Shown here piece after piece: positions 52,221 to 64,000 of a stretch of 64,000 nucleotides of DNA (position 1 is the first letter of the stretch; the number at the start of each line of letters is the position of its first letter). The stretch is taken from positions 742,148 through 806,147 of the forward strand of contig BFEA01000021.1 of assembly GCA_003427395.1 (NCBI GenBank). The letters are read 5' to 3'. The stretch comes from Chara braunii. Taxonomy: Eukaryota; Plantae; Charophyceae. The notes beneath the pieces were generated by a model. That model worked only from the letters and a program-made list of their open reading frames with translations, ran no database searches and had not been told where the DNA came from. The translations under genes and the position numbers were made by a program.

Positions 52221-55200
52221 ATAGGTTGTCAGGTTTGCGAAAAATAAAAATAAAAATAGTTTGTTCAATGCTCAATGGTTGGGGTGTCTAAGGAATCTTG
52301 GGAAAACAAAGCCTCAGGTCTGTAACAAAGTGTCAAAATGCGAAAAATGTCTTGAGGAAGGTCTTCGGAGGTCTTGAAAAGATCCATGACAGGTGAGAGA
52401 AACGGTCTTCAACAACCGTAACAGGTAGTTGTCGAATGTCTAAACTACGGGAAAGCGAAGTAGGAGTACAAGTGTCGAAAGTCCAAGTGCTGGAGTGCGC
52501 CCGGTTCATGAATTGCAAGGAGGTGTATTCCGGTAACAAGGAAATCACAGACTGATGCGAAGGTCCAAATCATATGTTGCTGCTCCAATAAGTCCGCAAG
52601 TCGAGATGTCGGCCAAGGAAACAACATGGTGGCCAAACCAGCTGCATGATCTCCATGATCATGAGGCAGCAAACCATCGTCTTCGTACGCTTGCCATTAA
52701 ATCCTTTATCACCGCCGTCACGCAGGTCCACATTCATAGGTCAAGTGAGACAGAGAGTGTGGTAGAGGACAAATGGGGAGGATTAGGCCGAGGCAAGGGC
52801 GGATCAAACAACAAGAGATCAAGATCAAGGGTAGGGGTTAGGCTGGGTTTAGGGGTGGTGGGTGTAGAGTAGGTATGTACAGGTCGAGTCATAGGCAAGT
52901 AGATAGCTATGAGACAGGGTGGGTACGATCATAGACAAGTTCCATGGTGTTCTTTAGATTTGCAAGGGGTTCTCATGTTGATTCTTTGTCTAGGTATCAG
53001 GGTGGTTGGATACTTGAGTTGTTTTACGACCAATGATTTATTCCACAGATAATTCAGAACGGGTGGGAAGCATGATAGGTGCTGAACGAGGATGAGGGCG
53101 ATCAAAGAACTGAGGAGGTGATTCGTGAAATGTTTTCAAGTATTCTACATGGAAGACAAGATGGATGCGGTTCATGTCAGGAGGGAGTTGGAGCTTGTAA
53201 TATACAGCAAATGTTTTGTCAATGATGGGGAATGGACCGAACCACTTGTTCGAGAGTTTCTTGGACAAGCCTTGTTCGAGATCAAAGCGTTTCGCGGAGA
53301 GCCCGACTTTGTCCCCAACATGGAAAGTGACGTCACGACGATGTTTATTCGTTTGCTTGGTTTGTTCTTCCTGAGTTCGTTGAATAGATTTGGTGGCTTC
53401 TCTTAGGAGGCGGTACATTGCGGCAACCTATTCATTGAGAGAGGGACAGAGAGTAGATGGGTTGAGATGCGAGGGGAGCAAGAAGTCAGAGAGCAGGCGA
53501 GGATGGTAGCCAAGGTCGAAATAGAAAAAAGATAGGTCAGTGGAGGGGCAGATAACGTTGTTGTAGGCGATCTCGACATCGGAGAGGAACTGGTCCCAGT
53601 CGTGCTGATGGGGATTACAATACTTCCGGATGATGCGCTGAAGAGTGTCATTCATCTTCTCTGTCTGGGCATTAGTCTGGGGGTGAAAGGCGGTGCTGTA
53701 CTTGAGGGTGGTCCCGTATTCCTTGAAGAAATTTCTCCAAAACTATGAGAGGAATTGGAAGTCATAATCGCTGATGATGTTTTCTGGGATACCATGATGA
53801 CAGGTGATGTGGCCGAAGAAGAGTTTGACCGCGTCATTCAAGTTGGCTTGGCAGGTGGTGGTGCAACGGATGAAATGAGTGCTCTCGGTAAGGCGGTTGA
53901 CAACGACATAGATGCAATCGTGACCATGGTCGGTCGTGGGGAGACCACCGACGAGGGGAATGGTCGGGTTCGAGATCGATGGTGTGAGATACACCGCGAT
54001 CGGGTGGCAAGCCGTCAGGCAAGGACTCAGGGAAGACGTCCTTGAATCCCGAGAGGAGAGAGGTGATACAAGGGATGGAGGGGCTTGGTCGAGTTTGTCT
54101 GTTGGAATCATGTCCTCAGGACGCTCGCGGTCGATGACGAGGCAATAGTAGGTGAGGTGAGGGTGACTGCGGGACATGTGGAGGAATTGGTGGGGGGAGA
54201 CGGGGGGTGGGGTGGTAGGGGGAAGAATGTAAGGGATGTCGAGGGTAGAGTCCGGAGTAGAAGAGCGACAAACGAAAAAGAGGTAGAAAGAGTAGGGCAT
54301 GTAGCAATCAATCCAGATAGTTCCCAGGACCACGTCGCACATGAGGTGCAGACGTGGAAGGAGATCTGATTGCTGAGGGAGCCCACAATCATGGAGACCG
54401 CAGGAACTGTGTGATCGGCGATGACGGTTGAGTCCTTGTCCCCTAAGCGAATGGTGATTGGGGAGTCGTAGCCGGTTGAGGGGAGACTGGCTTTGCGAAC
54501 ACAAGCGTCTAGAAAGGTCCGGAACTTCACTGTCGATGCGCTGAGAAAGATGGATATGAACTTGAGCTGGAACTGGGGGGTTATGTCACAAGCGGCAGAG
54601 ATCATGTTGTTGAGGCGGCGCTGTTTGGTGTCTAGTCTAGCAAGCCGGTTGTGCTGTGTTTGTTCCTCAACAACGTCGGAGAAAGTATTGTGAGAGGGAT
54701 TAGGGTGGAACGGTAGAGAAATACGTGTTAGTGATGAGCTCGACCGACGGAATGAGAGACATCATCGGGAGGGGGGCAGGCAGAGTAAACTGCGATGCCC
54801 GAGTGTCATCAGGTGGGATATATGTCACCGAAGATGGGGGTGGCAGACGGATTGTCGATGCTAGTAAAGGGGCCAATCGATTAGTTGTCAATGTCGGGGT
54901 GGGGTCGCGATGGGCAAGAGGACGACGTTCATGTGTGGGTGGGTCCCAATGTCGCGGAGGGTGGGGTAGCGGATACGACGGGCTGAGGTCCCGTGGAGCG
55001 GAGAGCCTGTCGGCTGAACTGGCTAGCGTTGGGTTAGCTGGTTTGCTGGTGGCCCAACCGACGACAGCGGAAACAACCATTGCTGGTTTGGAGGTAGGCA
55101 CGTTCCTCCGGGGTGAGCTTCATTAAGTGAGGGGGCGACGTAGAAAAGGATGTGCAAGCCTGGCGGTTCCCGCCCTCCATCATGAGGAAATGGATGGTGT

Positions 55201-56715
55201 TTAGTTCTTCCTGGGTGAAAGATGAGCGAGGTCGGGTGTGGAAAACTCATCTGACGTCGTGGTGGTGATGGTGTCGTCGGAAGCAATGTTGTGGAAGAAA
55301 CGTGTTCAGGAAGGGATGAAGGGAGTGGCGGCCTTGTGAGTTGAGAGGAAAGTGTCGATTAGGCGAATGCTGGAGAAAAGATTGAATAATGTTGTGGTGG
55401 ACTCATGGACGAGGACGACGGTGATTTGAAGGTTGGAGACCCGCTTGAGGCGAGAGATGAAAGTGTCGTCGGCGATTAGATGGACGGGAATATGTTGTCG
55501 TAGTGAGTGAACATACTGGACGTAGCGGTCAGTGGGGCCATTTCAGCGAAGGGGGCGGAATTGGTCGATGTAATCATCGACGATCTTTTATGGGCAGAAG
55601 GTGGCTATGATCAGAGTAACCTACTCGAGGAAGGAGTGCGATGGCTGGCAGCTGAGTTGGCTGTTTGCGACTTCGGTGAGACACCAACGACCTTCGTTGA
55701 CGAGGAGTCATATACCGGCTATGGGTAGCCAGTGGATGACGGGGACGGTGTGGAGGTAGAAAGCTTGTTGGAGTTGGTTAAGAACGAGAGATACATCCTC
55801 ATTGGGGTTACCGGAAAATGTTGGCATGTCGTGGGCCCGAAATGTACGGGGGATTTCACCATAACTAGGGACGTGGGTAGCGAGTGTGTTGAAGTCGAGG
55901 GTGGGTGAGGCATCAACGAGGCAGGTGAAGTCATGTTGGGGGTTTGTTGGGAGGAAGGCATTCGGGGGATGTTGGGGGAGGGCGGGGTGTGACATGGCGG
56001 TGACCTTGGAATGGGTGGGCATTCGAAGGGAGGTGATGATCGATGAGGTAGAGATGGGAAGTGAGAGGGGAGGTGTGGGTACAAATTGGGTGCCGAGGGG
56101 ATGGTGCGGCAATTGGGTAATGAGAGGGGTGGAGAAGGGAGAAGGTGGGTGGGACACGCTAGTGGTGGCTGTTGGGATGGGGGCGGTAGAAGATGGGGTG
56201 GCGGATGTACCGGTGGTGGAGGTGGGAGTGGCTGATCGACCGGCGGTGGATTGCATCATGGTGAGGAGGCAGATGTTGGTGGGATAGACTTCAAGTGCGG
56301 GTTGCTCTGCCGTGAAGTCACGAAGCAGGCTGTCTACGAATGGCGCTCATGTTGATGGTTGAGGAACCGCCCGGTATTGTGGAGGGAGAGGCCGGGGGCG
56401 AGGAAGTAGAAGTAGCGGTGGAGGCAACAACTGCAGCGGTGTTCTTTACGACCCAGGCGGCGACACGCAGAGAAGTCTTGGTGCGGGGGAGCATGGAAGA
56501 GAAGAAGATATGTGAATTTTGCAGGTTTTTTTTTTTGTATAAGATTGATTTTTTAATGCATTTTTAAAGAAAAAATTCAAAAAATTATGGGAAATTAATT
56601 GAAATCAAATTTTGAAAATTATGAAATAAACTAATTAAAAAATATATTTTTTTTATTTTATTGAATGGATTCGTGGTTATTTTAATGAATTAAAAATATT
56701 TAATATGGTTTTAAA

Positions 56716-57000
56716 CTAGGCTACCAGCCGGGCCGCCCAGGTCCCCGGTGTCCAGCCGGTGCAAGGACCAGCGAAGGCCCCAACAAAAAAAAAACAAAAA
56801 ACAAACAATCCAAAAAATCCCAAAAAAAACTATGTTATGAATAAAAATAAACTGAACAACTTTTGCCTCAGGGTCAAATCGAAATTCTTTACCAAATATA
56901 GAATAAAAAATATAATTTAAAAATATTTATTTCATTTTTATTATTTTACTGTTTTTTGGCCCGGCCGGGCAAGTGACCCCGGGCCACTCTGGTAGCCTAG
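56716..57000. mobile_element. Short-class hAT-type MITE inside the LTR element leader
   Basis: Perfect TIR CTAGGCTACCAG; TSD GTTTTAAA / GTTGTAAA (7/8 match). Confidence 0.92.
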
Positions 57001-57249
57001 GTTGTAAATAAATTTAAAATAAATTGAATTAATTAAATAAAGTTAAAGCAATTTCGTAAATTTAATTAAATTTTAAATAGCTTTAAAACAAATAATTAAT
57101 TTTAATGAGTTTAATTTTATTTAAAATGGATAAAAAAAAAGCTTAATTTTAAATAAATTTAATTAATTAAAATAAATTTAATTAATTTTAAATGGATTTA
57201 ATATGGACTAAAGCTAATTTGAAATTCAAATTATCTTAGTGTTACTTAA

Positions 57250-58413
57250 ACCACTAGTATCTCCGAGCCTGTCTTTGCCGACCCTGAATTTCACTGCGCT
57301 CCAAGTTTGCCGAGTCTGGGTACCACTCCATTTCTTTCTGGTACTCTCACGGAAGAAAAAAAAAAAAAAAAAAAAAAAGTTGCGCCCGTGAAATCAGAAA
57401 AGAAGCAAAAAAAAAAGAAAACTAAACTAAGCTTTGGTCATAATTGCAGTTGTATACATTGTTCGAAGTGGTAGTGGGAGTGTTCCCTCAGTGAGGGCAT
57501 CTCAACCCCGTGGCCACGTTGTTAGATTCGAAAAAGGAACAAAAGGAAAGAAAAAATGGGCACACGGATCCGACCATGAAAATGGGTGGATACATTCCCC
57601 TAAGTGCCAGTGTGATGAGCGATCCTCTGACAAAACACAGCTTGAGCAGATCACGAATAGCATGAGCAAATCACGGATTCCACCCTACCTCGTTGGCAGG
57701 GGACTTATTAAAAAAAAAAAAAAAAAAAAAAAAACCAGTAACGTTCAAAATATGACCGCCTTACCTGTGAGGTGCATTCTGTGGAGGAAGGATGTGAGCA
57801 CGGCCTCCTGGACTACCCTGCTTGTCATCATTGTAATAGACAAAGCATTTTCTTTTCCTTTTTCTTTCACTCGCGAACACTATAAAGAATTGATTTAGGG
57901 GCTGTTTTGTTATGGTTTGTGAGGCTTTGGTGCTATGTGGAGTAGGTTATTCCAAGAACCATGGCACTCGGTTCCAGTAGGTGGACACAGTAGTCTGCAT
58001 AGGGTAGGAGGCTGTAGAGTGCCTATACTAGAGGGGAAACAAAGTTCCCCTCGGTCGGGGTGGGCGGAGAGTTCTAGGTCGTGGAGTAGGCCTGTGTATT
58101 AGGAAGTAGTGACCTTTAGAAGTAGGTAAAATAGTTGTTAACAAGTTGGAATGAAATTGCATTGAATGTAAGCGACAATGAAGAGTGTGGATACCCAAGA
58201 TATGAGTTTCATAAGCTAAACCGGCTGATGCTGCCGGTATAACTCCGGGTCGAATTGTGAGGTCCCCGACCTCATTTAAATCCTTTGAATCTGAATATTA
58301 AAAAAAAAAAAATCTGATTTATGGGACAATGTCGACCCTGTGTCCCACCCCTGATTTCTTCGGGAAGTGGCAAAACCTCATAATTTCCGAACATTGGGGA
58401 AGGTACTAGTGGT
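57250..58413. mobile_element. Non-coding TIR element flanked by TTAA
   Basis: TTAA|ACCACTAGTA...TACTAGTGGT|TTAA. The insert is more GC-rich than the AT-rich leader on both sides. Confidence 0.7.
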
Positions 58414-61400
58414 TTAATGGTTTTTAAATTGAATTTAGGTAATTGCCGATAAATTTTGAAAAAAGGATTATGATTTGCGAAATAATTGGAAAAAAAGTGA
58501 GAAAGAAAATGTAATAAAAAGGAAATAATAGGATTCGGGTTTATTTTCTAGTTGAGATTAAAAGAAAGATTGTAATTTAATTAAAGATTACAAAAAGAAA
58601 AAAAAATGTTTTGCGAATCAATCTTCTTTTGTAATGTAAAAAATGAGAGGAGAGAGTAAAAAAAAAAATTTGTGAAAAAGAAGTATTGTGATAATATAAG
58701 AGAAAAAAACTTTCAAAGAATAATGAGTCCCTAGGCTATCGCTATAGGTAGTGAAGGTGAATTGAAATAGTTTGAAAGATGATGAAAGATTTGAGCGAAT
58801 AATATAGTCTAGTTTATAGGATATCATACACGGGGGGGGGGAGCAAAGCGGGGTTGGGGAATGGGGGCGCACGGTGGGGGGGAGGGAACAAAAGCGGGAA
58901 GATTGTCGGGAGTCGGATGCAGGGAGGAGGAGAGTCGGGGTGGGGGGAAGGAGGGGAGGCAGCGCGTGGCGGGGGGGATATAGCGCGCATATGGGAAGTG
59001 GGGAATGAGGTGCACAGGGCAAGATGGTGTGGCGAGGGAGTAGTCGGACAGGATCAGAGGGAGCGTGGGGGGGGGGGGAGGGGGGCGCTTAACGAGGGGG
59101 TAGNGGGGGGGGAGAGAGAAGAAGAAGTAAGAAAAATAAAAAAATAGAAATTGCACGTACTTGGTCGTGACGTCGGCCAGGTTCAAGGTGAAGCTGCGAC
59201 AACGAGGAAGGTGCTGAAGTATATATCGAATGCTTGTCGAACATCACGACGTCGGAGCACGACAAAGATCACGACGAAGATGATCGTGGCGGAACTTGAA
59301 GATCACGGTCACAAGCACGACAGAGATGGCGAAGATGAAAACTCCTCGTTGGTGAGCGTGGCGAAGTCGCGTCCAGGCTTCATAAAGGTTCGATGCACCT
59401 CATCTTGATGATGAGCGGGGGGGAGGATTGCAAGACCGACCCAATACCAGTGTAACAAGGCGGAGACAGAGCAGCGAGGCTGGGAGAGGGAGGGAGAGTG
59501 AGAGCACACATACACGCTCGCTCAACTCGACGCAAACTCGACACGACTTGACGGGCGCAGACACAAAGTGGCAAAGTCTCAAAGTCGCGGTCTTGGATTC
59601 CTGAACACAATGTCGAGGCACAGTCACACTGAATACAAGCAATGAGGCTGAAAATTGGTTGCCCATATTGGGCTTAAGTCCGGTCTTAGGTATCAGACTC
59701 AAGTTCAGTCCTGAGGGCAGAAGTGCAAATTGGCTCAGGGATGAACTGAAAATCGAAGGTCTCAGTCTGGGCGCCGCCAGAATGCCGGATGACGCCAAGT
59801 ATCGAAATCCGAAACTGCCAAAAGAGAAATTTAAGAACGGGCGCTAACTGCAGAGGACGCCAACAGTCAGGGGCCTGAGAATAGAGACCCAAAAATGAAA
59901 TAGCAGCCTGCGGGTGGTAACTCGCAAACCAGGGATCGAGCTCTGGCTGAGTCCGTAACACCAGTAACACCTTGAAGGTCAATATCTTGTAGATCTTGGT
60001 AGTGTTTTATGCTCTTGGTCACCCAAGAGCTTGGTATAACCTGCTTACTCACTAACCAATTCTCCCCCAACCCCTTTTCTTTCCCCTCCCCCCATCATCT
60101 CATCATCGTTTCTAACTCTACCACTTGGTGTAGCGAAGTGCCGACAAAAGCTTTCTATTTTTTTACCTAGTCGTGCTTCTTCACGACATACTTCGACCCC
60201 ATGGGGTTAACAAAATGCTCTCGAAATTTTTGAAAAATCTAACACTTAGTTTTCTCTTCACTCTCCTCCATCTTTTCTTTTTTTTTTAATTATTATTTTA
60301 TTATTTTTATAAAAAAAATAATTTATGGCATTTTAAAACTTAGTATGCTTCTCTCGGTCTCTCCTTCCTCTTGGCACATTTTTTACCCTATGAGGGGTAG
60401 GGAAATGCTACCGAAAATTTCAAAAATATATATATGATTTCTCTCCTCACCTTTTGCTTCTTTCTTTCTTTCTTTAGTTTTGTTATTTATTTTCTTTTAT
60501 TTTTATCTCAAAATTTTACTTTTTTTTTTCTTTTTTTTTTCCCTCCTTTCCTCCATGGTTGTTATATTACTATTTTGATTAGGTCGCCGCTACTCTACCT
60601 TAACCCCCTAAACTCCGACCAGGGTTTTCTTAGGGTTTTCATAGGCCTTAGGGTTCTCCTAACCCCCCTGCTTTCCCGCCTCCTCCCGTCGGGCACCTTG
60701 GACCCGAACGGATCCTCTCCCCTCGACCGGCTTCGCACCACCCTCTCACGTGCAACCCGCCGGTCACGGAGAGCGCTGACTCACTACTACCCACTCCGCT
60801 CCCGCGGTCCCCTCCCTCTCATTGGTGCGGCTCTTCCTCCACATACAAGCCTATCTCTTCCCTACCTCCTTCTCTACCTCCCGCCATGTCTACTCCCATC
60901 CATCCACCGCACATGAACGATAGTACACCCGAGAAGATTATTGTGGCGCCATTCCTCTCTGAGACGCACATTCAACCAACAATTCTCGTTCAAGCCCTTA
61001 TGAACCATGAGACCATCCTCGCAGCTCTCCTCGCACCAATGCAAGTGCGCCTCGATGCGCTTGGACCTATACAGACCCACTTCAATGCGCTTGTCATTAA
61101 CGTTAACTGCCTCAAGGGATCTCCTCATCGTTCCCCCCACCACTGCCACACTCCATCATCTATCGGCTCCCAGTCCGGTTTCCCACGACTCCAAACACGA
61201 ATATGTGGTAGTTCCCCCTCCTCCGCGGCTCAGGCCCAACACTCACCCTCAACAGTGTTGGGTGATGCTACTGCTCAGACCACCTCATCTGTTGCGACAC
61301 CATTATCGGCCCATGCCGTTCTTGCCGCTTTGACGATTACTGTAAGCACTGCTTGCCAGACACCGGCAGCTGGCCAAGCAGACTCATCTACCCATCCCGG

Positions 61401-62814
61401 TGCTGCTTTCCAGCTCCCCGCACTAGTCGCTGCATTACGACTCACAATTCTCCCTCCCCCTACCATCTCCTCACTTCCCCCTTCCAAGGTACCCTCCCCG
61501 AACCCTCCACCTCCGACCTTGTGCACCCGTCAAGTGGTTACCTTGGAGGCCACTGTGGCCCAACTCCATGCGAAAATATTTACACTGAGACAGCCTCACC
61601 CTTCACAAGCTGCTCACTCTTCATCTTCCTTCACTACTCCTACTTCGGTCTTGCAAACTTGTTTCCCTCAACCTGCTCCTCCGCCTCTACCCTCCTACCT
61701 CGCCACTCCGTCACAACTGCCTGCGACCGTTGTCTCCACCTCAAAATCCGCGGGACCTTTCACCAGCGGCTATGACCCGCATCCTGCTCTCACTTCCACC
61801 CGTGAACTGACCTCGACTTTTGTCGCCACAGTGCAGGCTCCTCAATCTCTCTCCCTTCGCTGTCAGCACAGCGGTCCCCCCTTGTGTGCCTGTCGAATGT
61901 ACCCGACTATGATGGCACACTTCGCGTGTCACATTGATTGCAGAAAGTCACTCACACGCTGACACTGACGAACACTAGTAAGCAGTTGTGGTGCTCTCTG
62001 CTCGCAATTAAATTGCGAAGCGACGCTCTCATCACTGGGAATACCTATTACACCTATCGTACTCGCACAGGTGAGGCATCCATTTTCGTGGATTTCGCCG
62101 CCTTTCTTCATGACCGCTATGATGCTTGACATGACACGACCGACGCCTTAGATAGGGTCACCCAAACCCGATGGCCCGGTGTCGCACTTTTTCCCAGTCG
62201 GGCCGCTTCAAGCGACCGGAAAGCCAACAGGCTGTCACGCAGGATTTTCAATGAGGTTGCAATAAATAAAATAAATTAAATAATGCAAATCCCTTCCTGT
62301 TGTGTGCGTCCGGCTTCGAGCGAGACCCTTCAATTGCGGTCTTCACCGGTCCCCGGTCTTAGGAATCTTTTATTTTGATTCGGAACAGCAGAAAATTATA
62401 CAAAATAATAACCATCAAATCATGGGGTGCTATGCATACATCAATTATGTCAATCTGATTTTGAGAACTGTGACAGAATCATCCAAGGAGACAATCATCA
62501 GGCAGAACCATGCAAGAAGCAAGACTGACTGACTCGAGCAACGACAGGAGCAATTGAATGAGGGAAGAATGAGAACTCATAATAGTCTCAGGGAGTACAT
62601 ACGGAGGAGAGCATGACCAACACCAATCAAGAGCCCTCACTCAACCCTCTGAACTTCTCTTTGTCTCTCACTTTGCTGTCCATCGTTTGGGTTTCTTGCC
62701 TTGTCTTTGTACTCTCTGAGGTTGTGGCTTCTGAATGTACAGCCAGCTGAAGCCTACCAATTCCAAACACTTCCAGCCAAGTCCCATGATACGGAAGTCA
62801 AGCATGACACAAAA

Positions 62815-63321
62815 TTATTCCCATAGTGTGGGGAGATAGGGCTGAGAGAAAATACCCCTCCTGAGATGCGGAAACTCAGAGGGCTCGGTCATTGCCTCAT
62901 AATCAATCACTGCCGGCGATCTGTATTTCTTGGCCAAGTCCACCAGACCGCCCCAATAAGAGCCATCAGTAAGATAGTAGGGGACAGGAGTTCCAGGATA
63001 ATCCGTGAAGAGCTTAGGGCCGAAACTGTAGACGAGCTTTGTATTACCCTCTAGTCTCTCAGCTTTCCACTGCACATAACCGGCTGCTGCAACCCACACT
63101 GGATCAAAATGTGGATGAACCTCATTCCCTTTCTTTAGATAGATCCGCAGATCTTTGACCGTACTTTCTGCAAACTCTGTGAAAGCAATGAAGATTGACA
63201 GATCTTCTCGCTTGAAACCATCGATTCTGACATATTTGTAGGGAAAGCACTCTTTTAGGGCCAACCGGTTGAGGCTGTCGAGGACCTGCTGGTCAACCGT
63301 GATAGGGTTGATCTCTCTCAT
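62815..63321 (-). CDS. Hypothetical 168-aa protein, probably TE-borne
   Basis: Uninterrupted ATG-to-stop ORF with globular, non-repetitive composition. No motif recognised. Confidence 0.4.
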   Translation of the reverse strand: MREINPITVDQQVLDSLNRLALKECFPYKYVRIDGFKREDLSIFIAFTEFAESTVKDLRIYLKKGNEVHPHFDPVWVAAAGYVQWKAERLEGNTKLVYSFGPKLFTDYPGTPVPYYLTDGSYWGGLVDLAKKYRSPAVIDYEAMTEPSEFPHLRRGIFSQPYLPTLWE

Positions 63322-64000
63322 ATGTTCAGGCAGATAGCTACCTCAAGATGGAAGGAAAAGGGTCAAGCGGACCATTCGCAGTGAAGTTGACAAGAACGAA
63401 GATTCGCCAACTTACAACCAATTCAAAGTGGAGTACTGGGTTCCAATCGGAAAAGCGAGCACACTAAGAAAATTGTATGCCGACGCCTGGGAAAAAAAAT
63501 GGAAAAAAACTCCGGGGCACGAGGAAGAGTATCAACATGTCACAACCGTTGCGTTTTCTTGGATGAGACAAACGAGGACGAATGTCTGCGAGTCCTCCAA
63601 AAAGTTTACCACCGGTCTTGTGATTCCTCTGAAAGTAAGAAAAAATGTGATTCCCGCCCTAGAAAACGGCGTTGGCGCTCAAACACAAAGCCTTTCCGGA
63701 GAAGGGAGCGGGCAGGAGGCTCCCTCATCGAGAGTGTGATGGTTGTCGTCTTTTCGTGAGGAGAACGTATTGCCATGCTGGCCTGTGCATACCACGCTTG
63801 ACTCCATGGAATACATCGCTTAATGATTTGTGCTCTCTGGGTTACGCGCTTCAAATCAACAAGAGTTCTTCATCAATTTTCGACATTGAGCGTGGAGGCG
63901 TTTTGGTCGTCGTAGCATGACCTCGGGCTTTCGGTCCTGACCTTGATGTGACGCTTTTATTGTGACTTTTGTCTTTTACAGTGTGCAGACTTTCCTCTTC

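Larger units (their letters stand above)
51268..59960 (-). mobile_element. Two-LTR Ty3/gypsy chromovirus-type element lacking RT/RH
   Basis: LTRs at 51268-51766 and 59451-59960 (TG..CA). Exact TSD CCAGT (51263-51267 and 59961-59965). Minus-strand PPT GAGGGAGGGGATAG next to 51766 and TGGTA-starting PBS next to 59451. gag at about 56260-55200, degenerate protease at about 54550-54250, integrase core and KWFGPF at 53950-53040, decayed chromodomain at about 53050-52930. Confidence 0.95.
50901..62179 (+). mobile_element. Older LTR element: 5' LTR (50901-51267 plus 59966-60123) split by the 51268-59960 element, then leader and truncated gag (60886-62179)
   Basis: TGGTA...TACCA termini after removing the nested insert. 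PBS-like TGG at 60126. The P/S/T-rich ORF 60886-61962 frameshifts into gag-like FVDFAAFLHDRYDA*...ALDRVTQTRWPG. Confidence 0.55.

Noticed and set aside
60595-60670. Telomere-like TAGGGTTT motifs
   Set aside because: Scattered rather than tandem; they lie in the leader of the putative LTR element.

Overview
Repeat-rich eukaryotic genomic DNA. The gene, retroelements and microsatellites suggest a streptophyte alga such as Chara (inference). One host gene is supported: a minus-strand patatin-like (ATGL-like) lipase with six GT-AG exons traced by hand (26774-25314, 18876-18733, 17787-17715, 16660-16555, 8160-8064, 6967-6872). It has intact GSSAG and DGG motifs, and its last exon probably lies left of the window. 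Most other annotated features are mobile-element derived: (i) two chromodomain Ty3/gypsy elements that both lack RT/RNase H, one with both LTRs and a CCAGT TSD at 51268-59960; (ii) a nested LINE/LTR stack at 48-63 kb; (iii) two related non-autonomous hAT-type families with 8-bp TSDs, arrayed in (TA)n at 31.4-36.5 kb; (iv) hairpin MITEs and fold-back elements in intron 1; (v) a tRNA-derived SINE; (vi) five LINE 3' ends sharing a structured tail; (vii) five U6 snRNA-derived pieces, all on the minus strand. A Nextera mate-pair junction adapter at 29470-29507 is an assembly artefact. Best novelty leads are a possible U6-derived repeat family, the conserved LINE 3' RNA structure, RT-less LTR elements, a TTAA-flanked element and an orphan 168-aa ORF. 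No CRISPR or prokaryotic-type system is supported. All alignments were done by eye.
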